A stretch of 64,000 nt of DNA from Heterodontus francisci (Eukaryota): assembly GCF_036365525.1 (NCBI RefSeq), contig NC_090398.1, positions 65,270,369-65,334,368 on the forward strand, written 5' to 3'. Both the position numbers and the translations under genes were made by a program. A model generated the notes under the pieces. The model was not told the origin of the DNA. It did no database searches and saw only the letters and a program-made list of their open reading frames with translations. The first letter of the stretch is position 1. Every line of letters starts with the position of its first letter. Shown here in pieces: positions 52,305 to 64,000 of this stretch.

Positions 52305-55300
52305 CTATTTAAGACAGTAGAGGGATCGCCCTAGTGTTGTGATTGGATGCAGCCCCGTCCATCAGTCAAGTTTGAAACCAGCTCTGGGAAATAAAAGGGC
52401 GGCGGGAAATGCTGCGCCCTGATTGGTTGAACTGTAACTGAAATGTAATCGAACTCAAAAAGCCCGCCAATTTCAGATAGCAAAACAAGGCAAAGATTTA
52501 AAAAAAAACCTAATTTGGCGGGAACAATTATGAAATCTGACTCCTTGCAGCTTCATTTATTTCGTCCGAGATCCCACACTGTCTTCCAACTCGGTTTGAC
52601 TCGGCCCTCACGAATACATTATCACTTGCAGCCGTTTCATTCATGACGCGCTGAATCAACATGGAAAAGATACATACAGTAAAACAACGCGACAGAGTTG
52701 GGTATCCTGGTACATGAATCACAAAATGTTAGTATGCACGGACAACATGAGTTTAGGAAGAGAAATGGAATGATGTCAGTTATTGCAAGGGTAATGGACT
52801 ATTAAAGTAAGGAAGATTTGCTACAGTTATCCAGGTTATTGGTGAGACTGTATCTGTAATACTGTGTACAGTTTTGGTCTCCTTCCTGATGAAAGCACAG
52901 AAATTGCATTTGAAGCAGTTCAGAGAAGGTTCACTCGACTGATCGCTGGGATGAAGGGGTTATCTTCTGGGAAATGGTTGGACCGGTTGGCCTGTATCCA
53001 TTGGAGTTAAGGAGAATGAGAAGTGATCTTATTGAAATCCATAAGATTTTGAGAGCACTTGGCAGGGTGGATACTGAGAGGATGTTTCCCCTTATGAGAG
53101 AGACTCGAACCAGGAATACAAGGATCCTTGCTAAAAGTGAAAGACACAGGAAGCATCTGTAAAGTGTGTAGATTAAACCAATGAGGATAATCGGAACAAT
53201 TCGGAACCTAATATGGTAAAATAAAGGGTGATAGGGGATATCATCGATACACTTAGCAAGGGGTGAACAGAACATTGTTGGCACACTTAGAAGGAGAAGA
53301 TAGACTATGGTCAACACAGCAAGAGAAGAAGAAGGAGAGAAGTCTATGTCCAAGCAAGCTCAGAAGCAAGAACCAGTACTGAGTGTTACTGTATACTTAC
53401 TGTTGTTGCTAAGGATTGACTTTGTGCATCTTAGTTAAGCCTAATAAACTCTCTGACTTGATCACAGAACTTGACTCTGTACCTTGTTGGTCCATCTTGG
53501 TCCAGAATCTCAAGGTGAGACGGGTTGGATATTCTCTGTCTCACCTCTGTTCAGGTAACATCTACCTGAAACTTACAGCTCTTTACTATTCACATACATT
53601 TCTTTGTATTTTGTCCTCCTCAAACTTCCAAATCATGGTCCTTTGAAAGCAATGTTGTCAATAAAGGTTTCTGTGTCACCGACTGCATACTTCTTCACAT
53701 TAAAAACACATCAGTTCACTACGACACTCTGTCTCCTAACCTTTAGCCAACTACCATCTCAGCATACCAGTATCAATTTTTAACATGAACTTCTATTTTC
53801 TGTGTAACTCTGTTATGTACTACTTGATCGAATGCCTTTTAAAAAGCAGATATCCAATATCGATCCAACTACCTTCAGCAAAGTCAACCCCAAGAATTCA
53901 ATCAGGTTAGTCGCACATGATTTGTCCTTAGTAAATCGGTATTGCATGTCGCTTATTAACTCATCATTCTTCAAGTTGAAGTTCATTTGATCCTTGACAC
54001 TTGTCTCCAATTGTTTTCGACCACTGATGGACTGTCGTCACCAGCTTTTTCCTTCCCATTTCTAGAACAGGAGTGTAACATTTGCACTGTTTCAGGCAAC
54101 TGGAACTACTTCAATATCCAAATATTATCGTCAGGATTTCTGTTATCTCCCTCAGCAATCTGGGATGCTTTCTATCTGGACTATCTATTGAGAACCTCCT
54201 TTCTGTCTATTTTCATTCTATCCAACATCTCTGTACCCCTTCTCTACCGGGACATTAACTTCATCCTTGCTTTTGTGAACAGACATATAACGCTCTCATT
54301 CATGACCTTTTCCAACACAAGGAGATTTCCGTTCTTTATCCCTAAAAGCTCCGCAATTTCTTGCACTATCATTTTGCATTTTTGTATATTTATCAATAAT
54401 TTTTATTCTCTCTGCTGTTACTCATTAATATTTTCTTATAATCTCTTGCAAACATTTTTCTTTTTTTCCCTGCACTCTCACTATTCAGCCTGGTTGGATT
54501 CATGGTGATGTCGAGGATATGGGATATTTGTATAAATCACTGCCATTATTATTTAAGTGATTGGCGCTGCAAACAATCTTTGAGTCATATTGATCAAAAG
54601 CAAATTATTGGTAACGTGTGTGACGCTGAGATTGGAAGGTTGTCTGAATAAGGCAGGGGAGCGGGTGCAGGGGCGGCTCCTCATTTGGCTAAAACAATCT
54701 GGTAGAAGTGTAAGGGTGAGTCCGAGTATTTCCAAGATGAAGGATAAACATCTGATAGTCTCTGTTTAATATCATCGGAGTGAAACTCTTGGTCACGGAA
54801 ATGATACCTGAAAGGCCTTGTGCTGTCAATCTGCCGAGTGTATGGGAGGGAAGGATGGAGTGGAAGAGCCTCTGTATTTCTCCAGTACTGAATTGTAGTG
54901 GGTTGGATGTTTTATCAGTCTCTAACTCTGCCTGTTGAGTGAGTAGGCGACAGAAACGATACCAGTTCCCATCCCTGTGTGACTGTCACTCCTTCTGTTG
55001 TGTGTGTGCAAGATTAAACCCTGTGTCCCTCTATCCAGCTCTGGCTGCTATATCTGGAAAGATGCTGAGTCTTTCAGTAGTTGATCTGCTCAAACCGAGT
55101 TCAAGGCCTGAGTGGTGAACAGAATTTCACATTAATTGTGTGAATAATACGATGATTGAACAGCAGGTTATGATCGACTGGACCAAAGGCTGGAAAAATT
55201 CCTGTCCATAAATCTTTCAACAGGGAGTTCGATGATCTGCTGGTTCCGAGTGTTTCAGGGAAACAGGAGTAGAAATCGGCAGCTGAGCCCTGAAAATTCA

Positions 55301-55789
55301 CAGCAAAGACTGTGTACATGAGGACATTTAACAACCGGGAGCTGAAACTCTGGGACGGGCTCTATTGTCACTGTGTTTGTGTGTCCGGTATAATCGCGGC
55401 AGCTCCGTGTCTCTCTTGTTTAGAATGAAACAATGAAGATTGCCATTCGGTATTACTCACATTGACCGCGGGTTTCACTCCGGTTAGACAAACCTTTGCT
55501 GGCTGAAATGAATTCTACAAGGTCCCAGCAAACACACCGACTTCCTCCTTCCTCCCATGTTTCTGTCGGATTGTTTTGAGAGGAGGGTCTCAATAATAAC
55601 AAACACCCTGCAGGGAGAGACGGCAATTTGAACATCTAAATAGGATCAACTCCCTGCTTTCTGGGTTATAGATTCCCTCCACCCCACCCCACTCTCCCTC
55701 CACCAATCCCCACCCTTCCTCCACCCTAACCCCATGTTCAGTTTCATTGTTCACACATTGATGAGGGTGAAATGGGGAAAGTTCCCATT

Positions 55790-56087
55790 TATTTTCGTTG
55801 CAGAGAGCTGCGCACGCGCGGTATAGCCCCGCCCACTGGAGACGTCATCATGAGGAGAAGAGCGCATGCTCCCCCAACACTGGTTCTGAGCGTCATTCAG
55901 TGAGTGAGTGGAAGATTGTTTAGATCAGCTGCGAATGGAGTCATCCGGGTCCCGGGGTAAGTGAACAAACAACATCTGCTTCCAACAGCAACACCAGGTT
56001 TGGGAGCGAGTCTGCAGATGTGTTCAGAGATTAACATTGAATAGCGGGGAAGTTCAGCAGGAGTCGGGGACTGTGTGGAATGTACAC
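55790..56087 (+). promoter_or_regulatory. Copy of the CpG promoter/first-exon module
   Basis: Inverted paralog of 4777-5070. Confidence 0.55.
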
Positions 56088-56740
56088 TAGAGCCCTGGAT
56101 CCCCGAGTCCAAACCGAGCGGGACCCGAGCACATGTGTCCGCCTCGGCTCGGGCCCAGCTTGCGGCTCCGGCATTCGGGCTCGGGTCCAGTTCGGGTCGG
56201 GTCGGACACACTCGGTCAGTCTCTGCTGGTCAGTATTGAAATTAAAAAAAACTGACCGGAGCTGGGAGTCCGGGTCGGAATTGAGTCTGCGCAGTGAGCC
56301 GGTGCCGGCACTGTTATCACGCATGCGCTGCACCTTTTTTTGGTTGGGTGTCAGGAAGGGTTGGGTCGGGTCCGCTGTTGTTCGGTCGGGTTCTTGGTGT
56401 GTGTGTAGACAGGAGTCCTGACAGTGAACAGTTTATATTTTTTTATATAAATACTGTATATTTTATAATCATTTTACGATAATTATTCATTCAGGACCTT
56501 CCTGCTCTCTGCATTTCAGCTGCTCACTGGATAAATTTGCCGCAAGTATTTCAACCTGTAAAGCAGTAGTTTACATAATGTATAATGATATTTACTGAGC
56601 CTTCGGGCAATCGCTGTGTTTAGTTAAGCAATACAGATACTGGTAAAGTGTGGAAACAACTCCATGGGTTTCTATTTAACTCATGACCAAACAATCACTG
56701 ACATTGTGCTCCAATCATCATCTTTTAAACAATCTTTCAA
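56088..56740. mobile_element. hAT MITE end (paralog of 4096-4776)
   Basis: ATGTACAC target followed by TAGAGCCCTG terminus and CCCGA/TCGGG repeats. Confidence 0.75.
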
Positions 56741-57051
56741 CCAGCTGAAACAGATTGTTTATCTGACAGTGCCACAAAAACTTACAAAGATGTCAAAAGA
56801 TAGATGGACACTCTGAAAGCTTTGGAGGTTTGAGATTCATCCATGACATCAAATAATCTAGGCTAAGAATATTTTTCTTTAAAAAAAGTGATAGGTCACT
56901 TCATGCAAAATTGTATTAAATGTCAATGCTGGAAATTGTTCAACATGCTTTGTCAATGTTAACATATATGTTTTGTTTTGATTTGTCGGCTATTCGAGGT
57001 GTTGGCTATTATGTGTATGCTGATCAACCAGAAGTCTTCAATCAAACATTA

Positions 57052-58412
57052 ATGTAGATCTGCAGTACTGTAGACTAATGATCAGACAGCACTGGGAATA
57101 TGCAGTACTGTAGACTAATGATCAGACAGCACCGGGAATCTGCAGTACTGTCGACTAATGATCAGACAGCACCGGGAATCTGCAGTACTGTAGAGCAATG
57201 ATCAGACAGCACCGTGAATCTGCAGTACTGTAGACTAATGATCAGACAGCACTGGGAATATGCAGTACTGTAGACTAATGATCAGACAGCACCTGGAATC
57301 TGCAGTACTGTAGACTAATGATCAGACAGCACCGGGAATCTGCAGTACTGTAGACTAATGATCAGACAGCACCTGGAATCTGCAGTACTGTAGACTAATG
57401 ATCAGACAGCACCGGGAATCTGCAGTACTGTAGACCAATGATCAGACAGCACTGGGAATCTGCAGCACTGTAAACTAATGATCAGGCAGCACTGGGAATC
57501 TGCAGTACTGTAGACTAGTGATCAGACAGCACCGGGAATCTGCAGAACTGTAGACTAGTGATCAGACAGCACCGGGAATCTGCAGAACTGTAGACTAATG
57601 ATCAGGCAGCACCGGGAATCTGCAGTACTGTAAACTAATGATCAGGCAGCACCGGGAATCTGCAGTACTGTAGACTAGTGATCAGACAGCACTGGGAATA
57701 TGCAGTACTGTAGACTAATGATCAGACAGCACCTGGAATCTGCAGTACTGTAGACTAATGATCAGACAGCACCGGGAATCTGCAGTACTGTAGACCAATG
57801 ATCAGACAGCACTGGGAATCTGCAGCACTGTAAACTAATGATCAGGCAGCACTGGGAATCTGCAGTACTGTAGACTAGTGATCAGACAGCACCGGGAATC
57901 TGCAGAACTGTAGACTAGTGATCAGACAGCACCGGGAATCTGCAGAACTGTAGACTAATGATCAGGCAGCACCGGGAATCTGCAGTACTGTAAACTAATG
58001 ATCAGGCAGCACCGGGAATCTGCAGTACTGTAGACTAGTGATCAGACAGCACTGGGAATATGCAGTACTGTAGACTAATGATCAGACAGCACCTGGAATC
58101 TGCAGTACTGTAGACTAATGATCAGACAGCACCGGGAATCTGCAGTACTGTAGACCAATGATCAGACAGCACTGGGAATCTGCAGCACTGTAAACTAATG
58201 ATCAGGCAGCACTGGGAATCTGCAGTACTGTAGACTAGTGATCAGACAGCACCGGGAATCTGCAGAACTGTAGACTAATGATCAGGCAGCACCGGGAATC
58301 TGCAGTACTGTAAACTAATGATCAGGCAGCACTGGGAATCTGCAGTACTGCAGACTAGTGATCAAACAGCACCGGGAATCTGCAGCACTGTAGACTAATG
58401 ATCAGACAGCAC
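57052..58412. repeat. 40-bp minisatellite, ~34 units, with a 360-bp higher-order repeat
   Basis: Unit TGCAGTACTGTAGACTAATGATCAGACAGCACCGGGAATC; the variant pattern recurs at 57361, 57721 and 58081. Confidence 0.97.
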
Positions 58413-58775
58413 CTCTTTACCCTCTCTCGTGCAGTTACATCATTTCTGTAATGAGGTGACCAGAACTGCACACCGTTTCAGGTATGTGAGGGTGAGATTC
58501 ACTCTCTATCTTACTGTCTCCAGGATGTGTCCCTCTTGTGAGATTGATATAGTGTCTTTCAATTTGATCGTGGGTGTGCTTTTGAATTGAGATTGATGCA
58601 CCTAACTTGCAGCAGTACAGAATTGGAATGCATTGGACACAATGTCTGTATCTTCTGCTTTGTTTGATTGCTGGATTGAAAATGTGTCTCTGAACTTGGG
58701 ATCAGTGAGGGTTTGACTAGTTCTGCTCCATGTGACTCTGGAATTAACTGATGGCCTCTGGGAGTGATAGCATAC

Positions 58776-58859
58776 CAACTCTGTGTTGCAAGGAGCTGAC
58801 TGCACATTTCCTTGTGCCTGGGAATCTTCACTTTCATTCTGTTCCCTTGAAGTATTTGC
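58776..58859 (-). other. Candidate 84-nt exon (copy C)
   Basis: TTCTTCCTTTCTGAAG|GCAAAT...CAGAGTTG|GTATGC; read-through ORF 58559..58837 (92 aa). Confidence 0.5.
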
Positions 58860-59159
58860 CTTCAGAAAGGAAGAACAACATATCTTGGAACTGAAGATCG
58901 GTTGAGGTGGAAGCTAGAAAAGAGATTAATGTAACATTTGAATCCATAATCATTATTACTAACCACAAATACTCACCAGAAATACAAAGAATGTCAGTGT
59001 CTGATTTCACTGCAGATCTCAGCATCTGCTGACCAGGTGTTTTGGCCGATTTACAACAATTTAGTGACATCCAGAAACAAGGCAACATCTGCACTGCTCC
59101 AAGATTGGGATAACCTGAGGGATGTTTGTACAGATCAGGTTTCTATTTCCATCTGACAT

Positions 59160-59480
59160 TATAACATAAGAACCTAAGAAGTAGGAGCAGGAGTAGGCCA
59201 TTCAGCCTCTCCAGTCTGATCCGCCATTCAATGAGATCATGGCTGATCTGATCCTGGATTCAGCTCCATTATCCTACCTGCTCCCCGAACAAATTACTCC
59301 CATGGAGATCAAAAGTTGAACTCATCCTTGAATATATTTAACAACCCAGCCTCCAGTGCTCTCTGAGGTAGAGAATTCCAAAGATGATTGACGCTTTGAG
59401 AGAAGAAATTCCTCCTTACCACCGTCTAAAATGGGAGACTCCTTATTCTGAAACTGTGCAGCCTGGATCTTGATTCAACT
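59160..59480 (-). mobile_element. CR1 3' end fragment
   Basis: ACATAAGAACCTAAGAAGTAGGAGCAGGAGTAGGCCATTCAGCC tail; not present in the 43.3-kb paralog. Confidence 0.8.
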
Positions 59481-59549
59481 ATTCACTGTACACTCACAGT
59501 AAACAGCGTGAAACAGGAGTTAAACCACGAACATGCATCACAGAACTGA

Positions 59550-59990
59550 GGCGAGAAACAGCAAAGATTTTCAACAGCAGCTTATTCACGTTCTGTCTCA
59601 CTTACCCAGTGCACAAACACAGGCCGAGAAAGGCCTCTCCATTCCGCCGCTGACTCCATGTTGCAGAATCAGTTCATCCTCCACATTGCCTCTCACAAAC
59701 AGCCCGCGACTCCCCCTGAACTTGCTCCGGAGTCAATGGCGATCTCTGATCCAGACTGCGGACAGGGTCCCAAAGCAATGTGCTGCTGGAAGCAGATTGT
59801 TGTTTGCTGCCTTACCCCGAGGCCGTAATATCTCCATTCCCTCTGTTAAAAACTAACTCTTTCCGCTCACTGAGTAAATGGCGTTCAACGGATTTGCTGG
59901 CGGAGGGGAGCGCGCATTGCGCTCGTTCGCTCATTCACAATCACTGGTGGGGGCGGTGCTGTACCGCGCATGCGCCTCATTCAGCAATGG
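59550..59990 (-). promoter_or_regulatory. CpG promoter + first exon of the unidentified gene (paralog of 42850-43280)
   Basis: GCGCATGCGC, GC box, CGGAA; donor G|GTAAGT at 59605. Confidence 0.6.
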
Positions 59991-60509
59991 TTTGAAAAAC
60001 AAAAAACAATCGGAACTTTCTCCAGTTCAGTTTTATCTGATTTTGAGCAATGGAACCGGGACTGTGGGCAAGATTAGAGAAGGTTTCCAGCTGGGAGATT
60101 ACCCTTTTACCAAGCTCAACTTGAGATCATTCTCTGCAAAAAGTTTGCTGTTCATTCGCTCGAATTCTCAAAGTGATCCTCCGAGGGAGTCGATGTGTTT
60201 GCAGGAATGGCGCAGGAGTCAATTTCTGACAGTTACAGTCACAGATCAATTTAATCAGATTGAAACTGTCTGTCGCTGAGAGTCATTGCGAAGGGTTTGA
60301 GCTGAAAGATTACAGAGAGTTCAACAGGGCAGAGAAAGTTACACTTGGGACATTGTATGCCTCACTCTCTGACACTTTCCCGGACTGTGAGATTAATAAT
60401 GTGTCTTCCTCTGGCACCATATCAGTGAGAGATGAGATTGTAGCGTCTGTTTCCCCAGGCGGATCTTTCGAGATAAAAACGAATCTGACATTTCAGTCGA
60501 CAGCACAAT

Positions 60510-61560
60510 AATTACAGGCGACTCAGTCTAACCTCAGTTGTGGGAAAATTATTGAAATCTATTCTGAGAGAAAAGATAAACTGTCACTTAGAAAGGCACA
60601 TACAAACTGAATTGAATTTTAAAAAGGATTATAGATGAGGGTAGTGCAGTTGATGGATTCTACATGAATTTTAGCTTTTGACAAGTTCCCAAAATACAGA
60701 ATCTTTAAAAAATAAAATCTCATGGGATCCAGGGAAATGCAGCAAGGTGGATGCAAAATTGGCTCAGTGGCAGGAATTGTTGAAGGCTGCTTTTGAGACT
60801 GGAGGGCTGTTTCCAGTGGTTTTCCCCAGGGCTCAGTAATGGGTCCCCTGTTTTGTTGATGATCTATACAAACAATTTGGACATAAATGTTGAGGGACAC
60901 GATCAAGACGTTTGCAGACGACACCAATATTGGCCGTGTGGTTGATAGCGAGGAGGATTGCTGTGGACCGGAGGAAGATGTTTGTGGTCAGGTCAGAAGG
61001 GCAGAAAAGTGGCAAATTGAGTTCAATCCGGAGAAGTGTGACGTGATGCCCTTGGGGAGGTCAAACAATGCAAAGGAATACACGATTAATGGGAAAATAC
61101 TGAGAGGAGCAGAGGAGGTGAGGGACCTTCTAGTAAATGTCCACGGATCCCTGAAGGTAACAGAGTAGGGCGGTAATATGGTTAAGAAGACATATGGAAT
61201 CCTTTCCTTTATTGGCCGAGTTATAGAATATAAGAGGAGGAAGGGTATGCTGGAACTTTATCATCATTGGTTAGGCCAGAACTTGAGTTCTGTGTGCAGT
61301 TCTGGTCACGTCATTACAGAAAGGATGTAACTGCACTCGAGAGAGTACAGAGGAGATTTACAAGCATGTTGACGGGACTGAAAAATGCAGCTCTGAGGAA
61401 AGATTGAATAGACTGTGGTTGTTCTCCTTGGAACAGAGTAGGCTGACGGGAGATCTGATTGAAATGTATAAAATGCTGAAGGGCCTGGATAGAGTGGAGC
61501 TGAAGGGTCTATTTACCTCAGCATTGAGATCAAAACCTGTCCTGGGAACTCTACATTTTT
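60510..61560 (+). mobile_element. CR1 ORF2 (RT) fragment
   Basis: ORF 60887..61168 (FADDT...EKWQIEFNPEKC). Confidence 0.88.
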
Positions 61561-62001
61561 CGAACAGTTCGGCATGGGAATGTGTAGATGTGAATATTGT
61601 GTAAGAGAGAGTGTATTAAAGGGGCAGGCGGGTTAGTCTAATGTCACTGTGTTTGTGGGTCAGGACTCATCGCCGGATTTCCGAGTCCCCCTTGTGTCAA
61701 GTAACAAGATTTTCCAGTCAAAGAAGCACATTGCTCCCCTTCTCATTCCCAAAGTGGGAATTCAGTGTAGTTTCTTTGTTGATTTCAAGATTTCAGTCAA
61801 AATGTAGAGAACACGTCAGCTATCGGGGGAGAGAGCGCCATCAGTGCAGCAATAAAACGGGTTTCAGTCAAAAATGGAGTCTTTACTTCAAGTGCAAACC
61901 TTTCGACAGCAAGCATTCTGATGTCAGAGATAGGAAGGATCTAGTCTGGGACTCTGCAGTACCCGAATTTCAGTGGAATTGGAGAGTTTAGGGCCAGAGA
62001 G

Positions 62002-62080
62002 AAACACAGAGAGGCAGCAGGAGCCGGGAGCTGACAGCAGGTTGTCTCCGCCTCCGTCCGCTCACTGCCTTTAAGTTGCT
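62002..62080 (+). promoter_or_regulatory. H1 promoter with H1 box
   Basis: AAACACA at 62002-62008, GC-rich element and TATA-like CTTTAAG; the H1 box is removed by a deletion in the paralog (~41013). Confidence 0.65.
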
Positions 62081-62153
62081 CAGTGCCGCCACCACCAGCT
62101 TCATTTCTGACCCAGTTCCTACTGACAGAGAGAATTTGTGCAGAGTCCTGGAC

Positions 62154-62936
62154 ATGACCGAGACAGCAGCCGGCGAAACGGCTCCTCCAGCCGCCGCCGC
62201 TGAAGTCAAGACTCCCAAGAAGAAGAAATCGGCTCCCCGGAACAATTCAGCCGGTCCCACGTTGAGCGAGAAGATCCTCAAGATTGTGGCGGATTGCTCC
62301 GATCGCAGGGGGACCTCACTGCCCTCCATAAAGAAGCCTCTGGGTAGGAGCGGTGTGGATGTGGGGAGGTTCAGGACCCAAATCAAGCAAAGTATCAGGA
62401 GGAATGTGAACAAAGGCTCCCTGGTGCAGAACAGCGGTACGGGCGCCTCCGGCTCCTTGAGAATCCCTAAGCAGGGAACCAAGGGAAATGTGGGAAAGAA
62501 AGTGAAGTCAGGAGCAGCCAAAAAACCTTCAGTGAAGAAAACAGCTGGCAAGAAAGTGACAGCAAAGAAATCAGCAGCCAAGAAATTACCAGTCAAGAAA
62601 CTAGCAGACAAGAAATCGGCAGCGAAGAAAGCAGCAGGCAAGAAAGTGACCAGCAAGAAGGCGGCAACGCCAAAGAAATCCCCAGCGAAGAAAGCAGCGC
62701 TTCCGAAAAAGCCTCCTGTGAAGAAGGCCAAAAAACCAAGAGTGCCACGGGCGGAAAGGCACTCAAGAAAGTTCAATCATCAAGCGGCAAGACCAAACCG
62801 AAAGCAGCAAAGGCTCAGAAAGCAGCCCCTGGAAAGAAGTGAAACTGCACGGGAAACTTGTAGACATCTGAACCCAAGGGCTCTTTTCAGAGCCACCCAC
62901 ATCTCTCAGGAAAGAGCTGATCCCCCGATCAAATGA
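62154..62936 (+). pseudogene. H1: Histone H1-like with a C-terminal frameshift
   Basis: MTETAAGETAPPAAAAEVKTPKKK...; a 1-bp deletion at ~62736 bypasses the ancestral TGA (62840-62842); stem-loop at 62879-62894 lies inside the extended ORF. Confidence 0.88.
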
Positions 62937-63540
62937 TCCCTGTCCCGCCGCCGTGTGCACATTTCACATCGAAATGATGGGAAGTAAATGCAGGATCCCT
63001 GGTGACTCACTGACATACACTACACTCAGCCCTTCCCCCACTCTCTGTAACTAAACAGAGGGATGTCCCGGCCTCACTGTAACTGGGGATATGTTCGGTA
63101 CAGTCTCAGTTCATGCTCGTTTCACTAATTCAGAGTGTGAGGGTCTAACACAGGAAACTGGCGAGAAATCCCGCGTCACAACTCAAACCCCAATACATGA
63201 GTTTCTCTAATTCAGCTGGGGTAAGGTGTTAGTAAAATACTCAATCCGTCTGGGAGGGGAGGTGTGTGGAAACGGGTTGACTTGTGATCGGAAGCACTGT
63301 ACTGAGGCGGATATATGATCAACTTTTAATTGTTATAGATCCTTATTTAAAAGCTCCGGGTTTCTGTTATCTTTGACTAGAAAGGCCGCGTCTGGAAGTT
63401 TTGTGCTGAGCTCTGTTGTTGAGCAATGTTTTTTTTTTGAATTGGCGGTTCGAGCAAGTGGGAGGCGGAGCTGGAGGATGAAAGACATTTCTCAGCTCTG
63501 TCTGTCACTCAGTTTCCTCTCCGCCCCGCCTCTGTCCCTT

Positions 63541-63573
63541 TTTCAGTCAGGTCCGGGCGGGCTGTATAAAAAA
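63541..63573 (+). promoter_or_regulatory. H4 promoter site II-like element and TATA
   Basis: TTTCAGTCAGGTCCG (HiNF-P-type GGTCCG) followed by GTATAAAAA. Confidence 0.7.
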
Positions 63574-63627
63574 GGCAGCAGAAACAGCTCGTTTCTCATT
63601 CAGCAGTGATTTGACTGAAGAAGCGTC

Positions 63628-63985
<358 letters not shown>

Positions 63986-64000
63986 ACCCAAAGACTCACA

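Noticed and set aside
57052-58412. CRISPR-like appearance of the 40-bp palindromic array (also the 29- and 41-bp arrays)
   Set aside because: Units are contiguous with no unique spacers, there are no cas genes, and the context is vertebrate

Overview
Eukaryotic vertebrate DNA, most likely from a shark or ray, judging by the HE1-type V-SINEs, CR1 LINEs and Penelope-like relics. It is a decaying replication-dependent histone gene cluster: 3x H3, 3x H2A, 2x H4 and 2x H1, all with 3' stem-loops, and no H2B coding sequence. Degenerate tRNA-Ser(GCT) and tRNA-Gly(TCC) genes are interspersed. The window is built from nested inverted segmental duplications: ~8.2-27.2 kb vs ~39.0-29.7 kb, ~4.1-10.8 kb vs ~56.7-50.55 kb, and ~39.1-44.2 kb vs 64.0-58.4 kb. 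Mobile DNA includes a near full-length young CR1 LINE, an older CR1, a frameshifted Hermes/hobo-like hAT transposase with related non-autonomous ends, SINEs and Penelope-like fragments. There are 29-, 40- and 41-bp tandem arrays and one assembly gap. Only the H3 at 8652-9062 is near canonical (it carries R42K). The most notable unexplained signals are: (i) a multi-copy, unidentified spliced transcription unit (CpG promoter, conserved donor, 84-nt exon) travelling with the histone genes; (ii) an H3 copy that lost its ATG but gained a strong-Kozak ATG at codon 32, predicting a tail-less H3; (iii) two H1 copies independently frameshifted into the same novel C-terminal frame; (iv) a 'ghost' histone gene whose promoter is fused to half a stem-loop, where H2B might be expected; (v) minimal hammerhead-ribozyme relics. 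All alignments were done by eye and no database searches were run.
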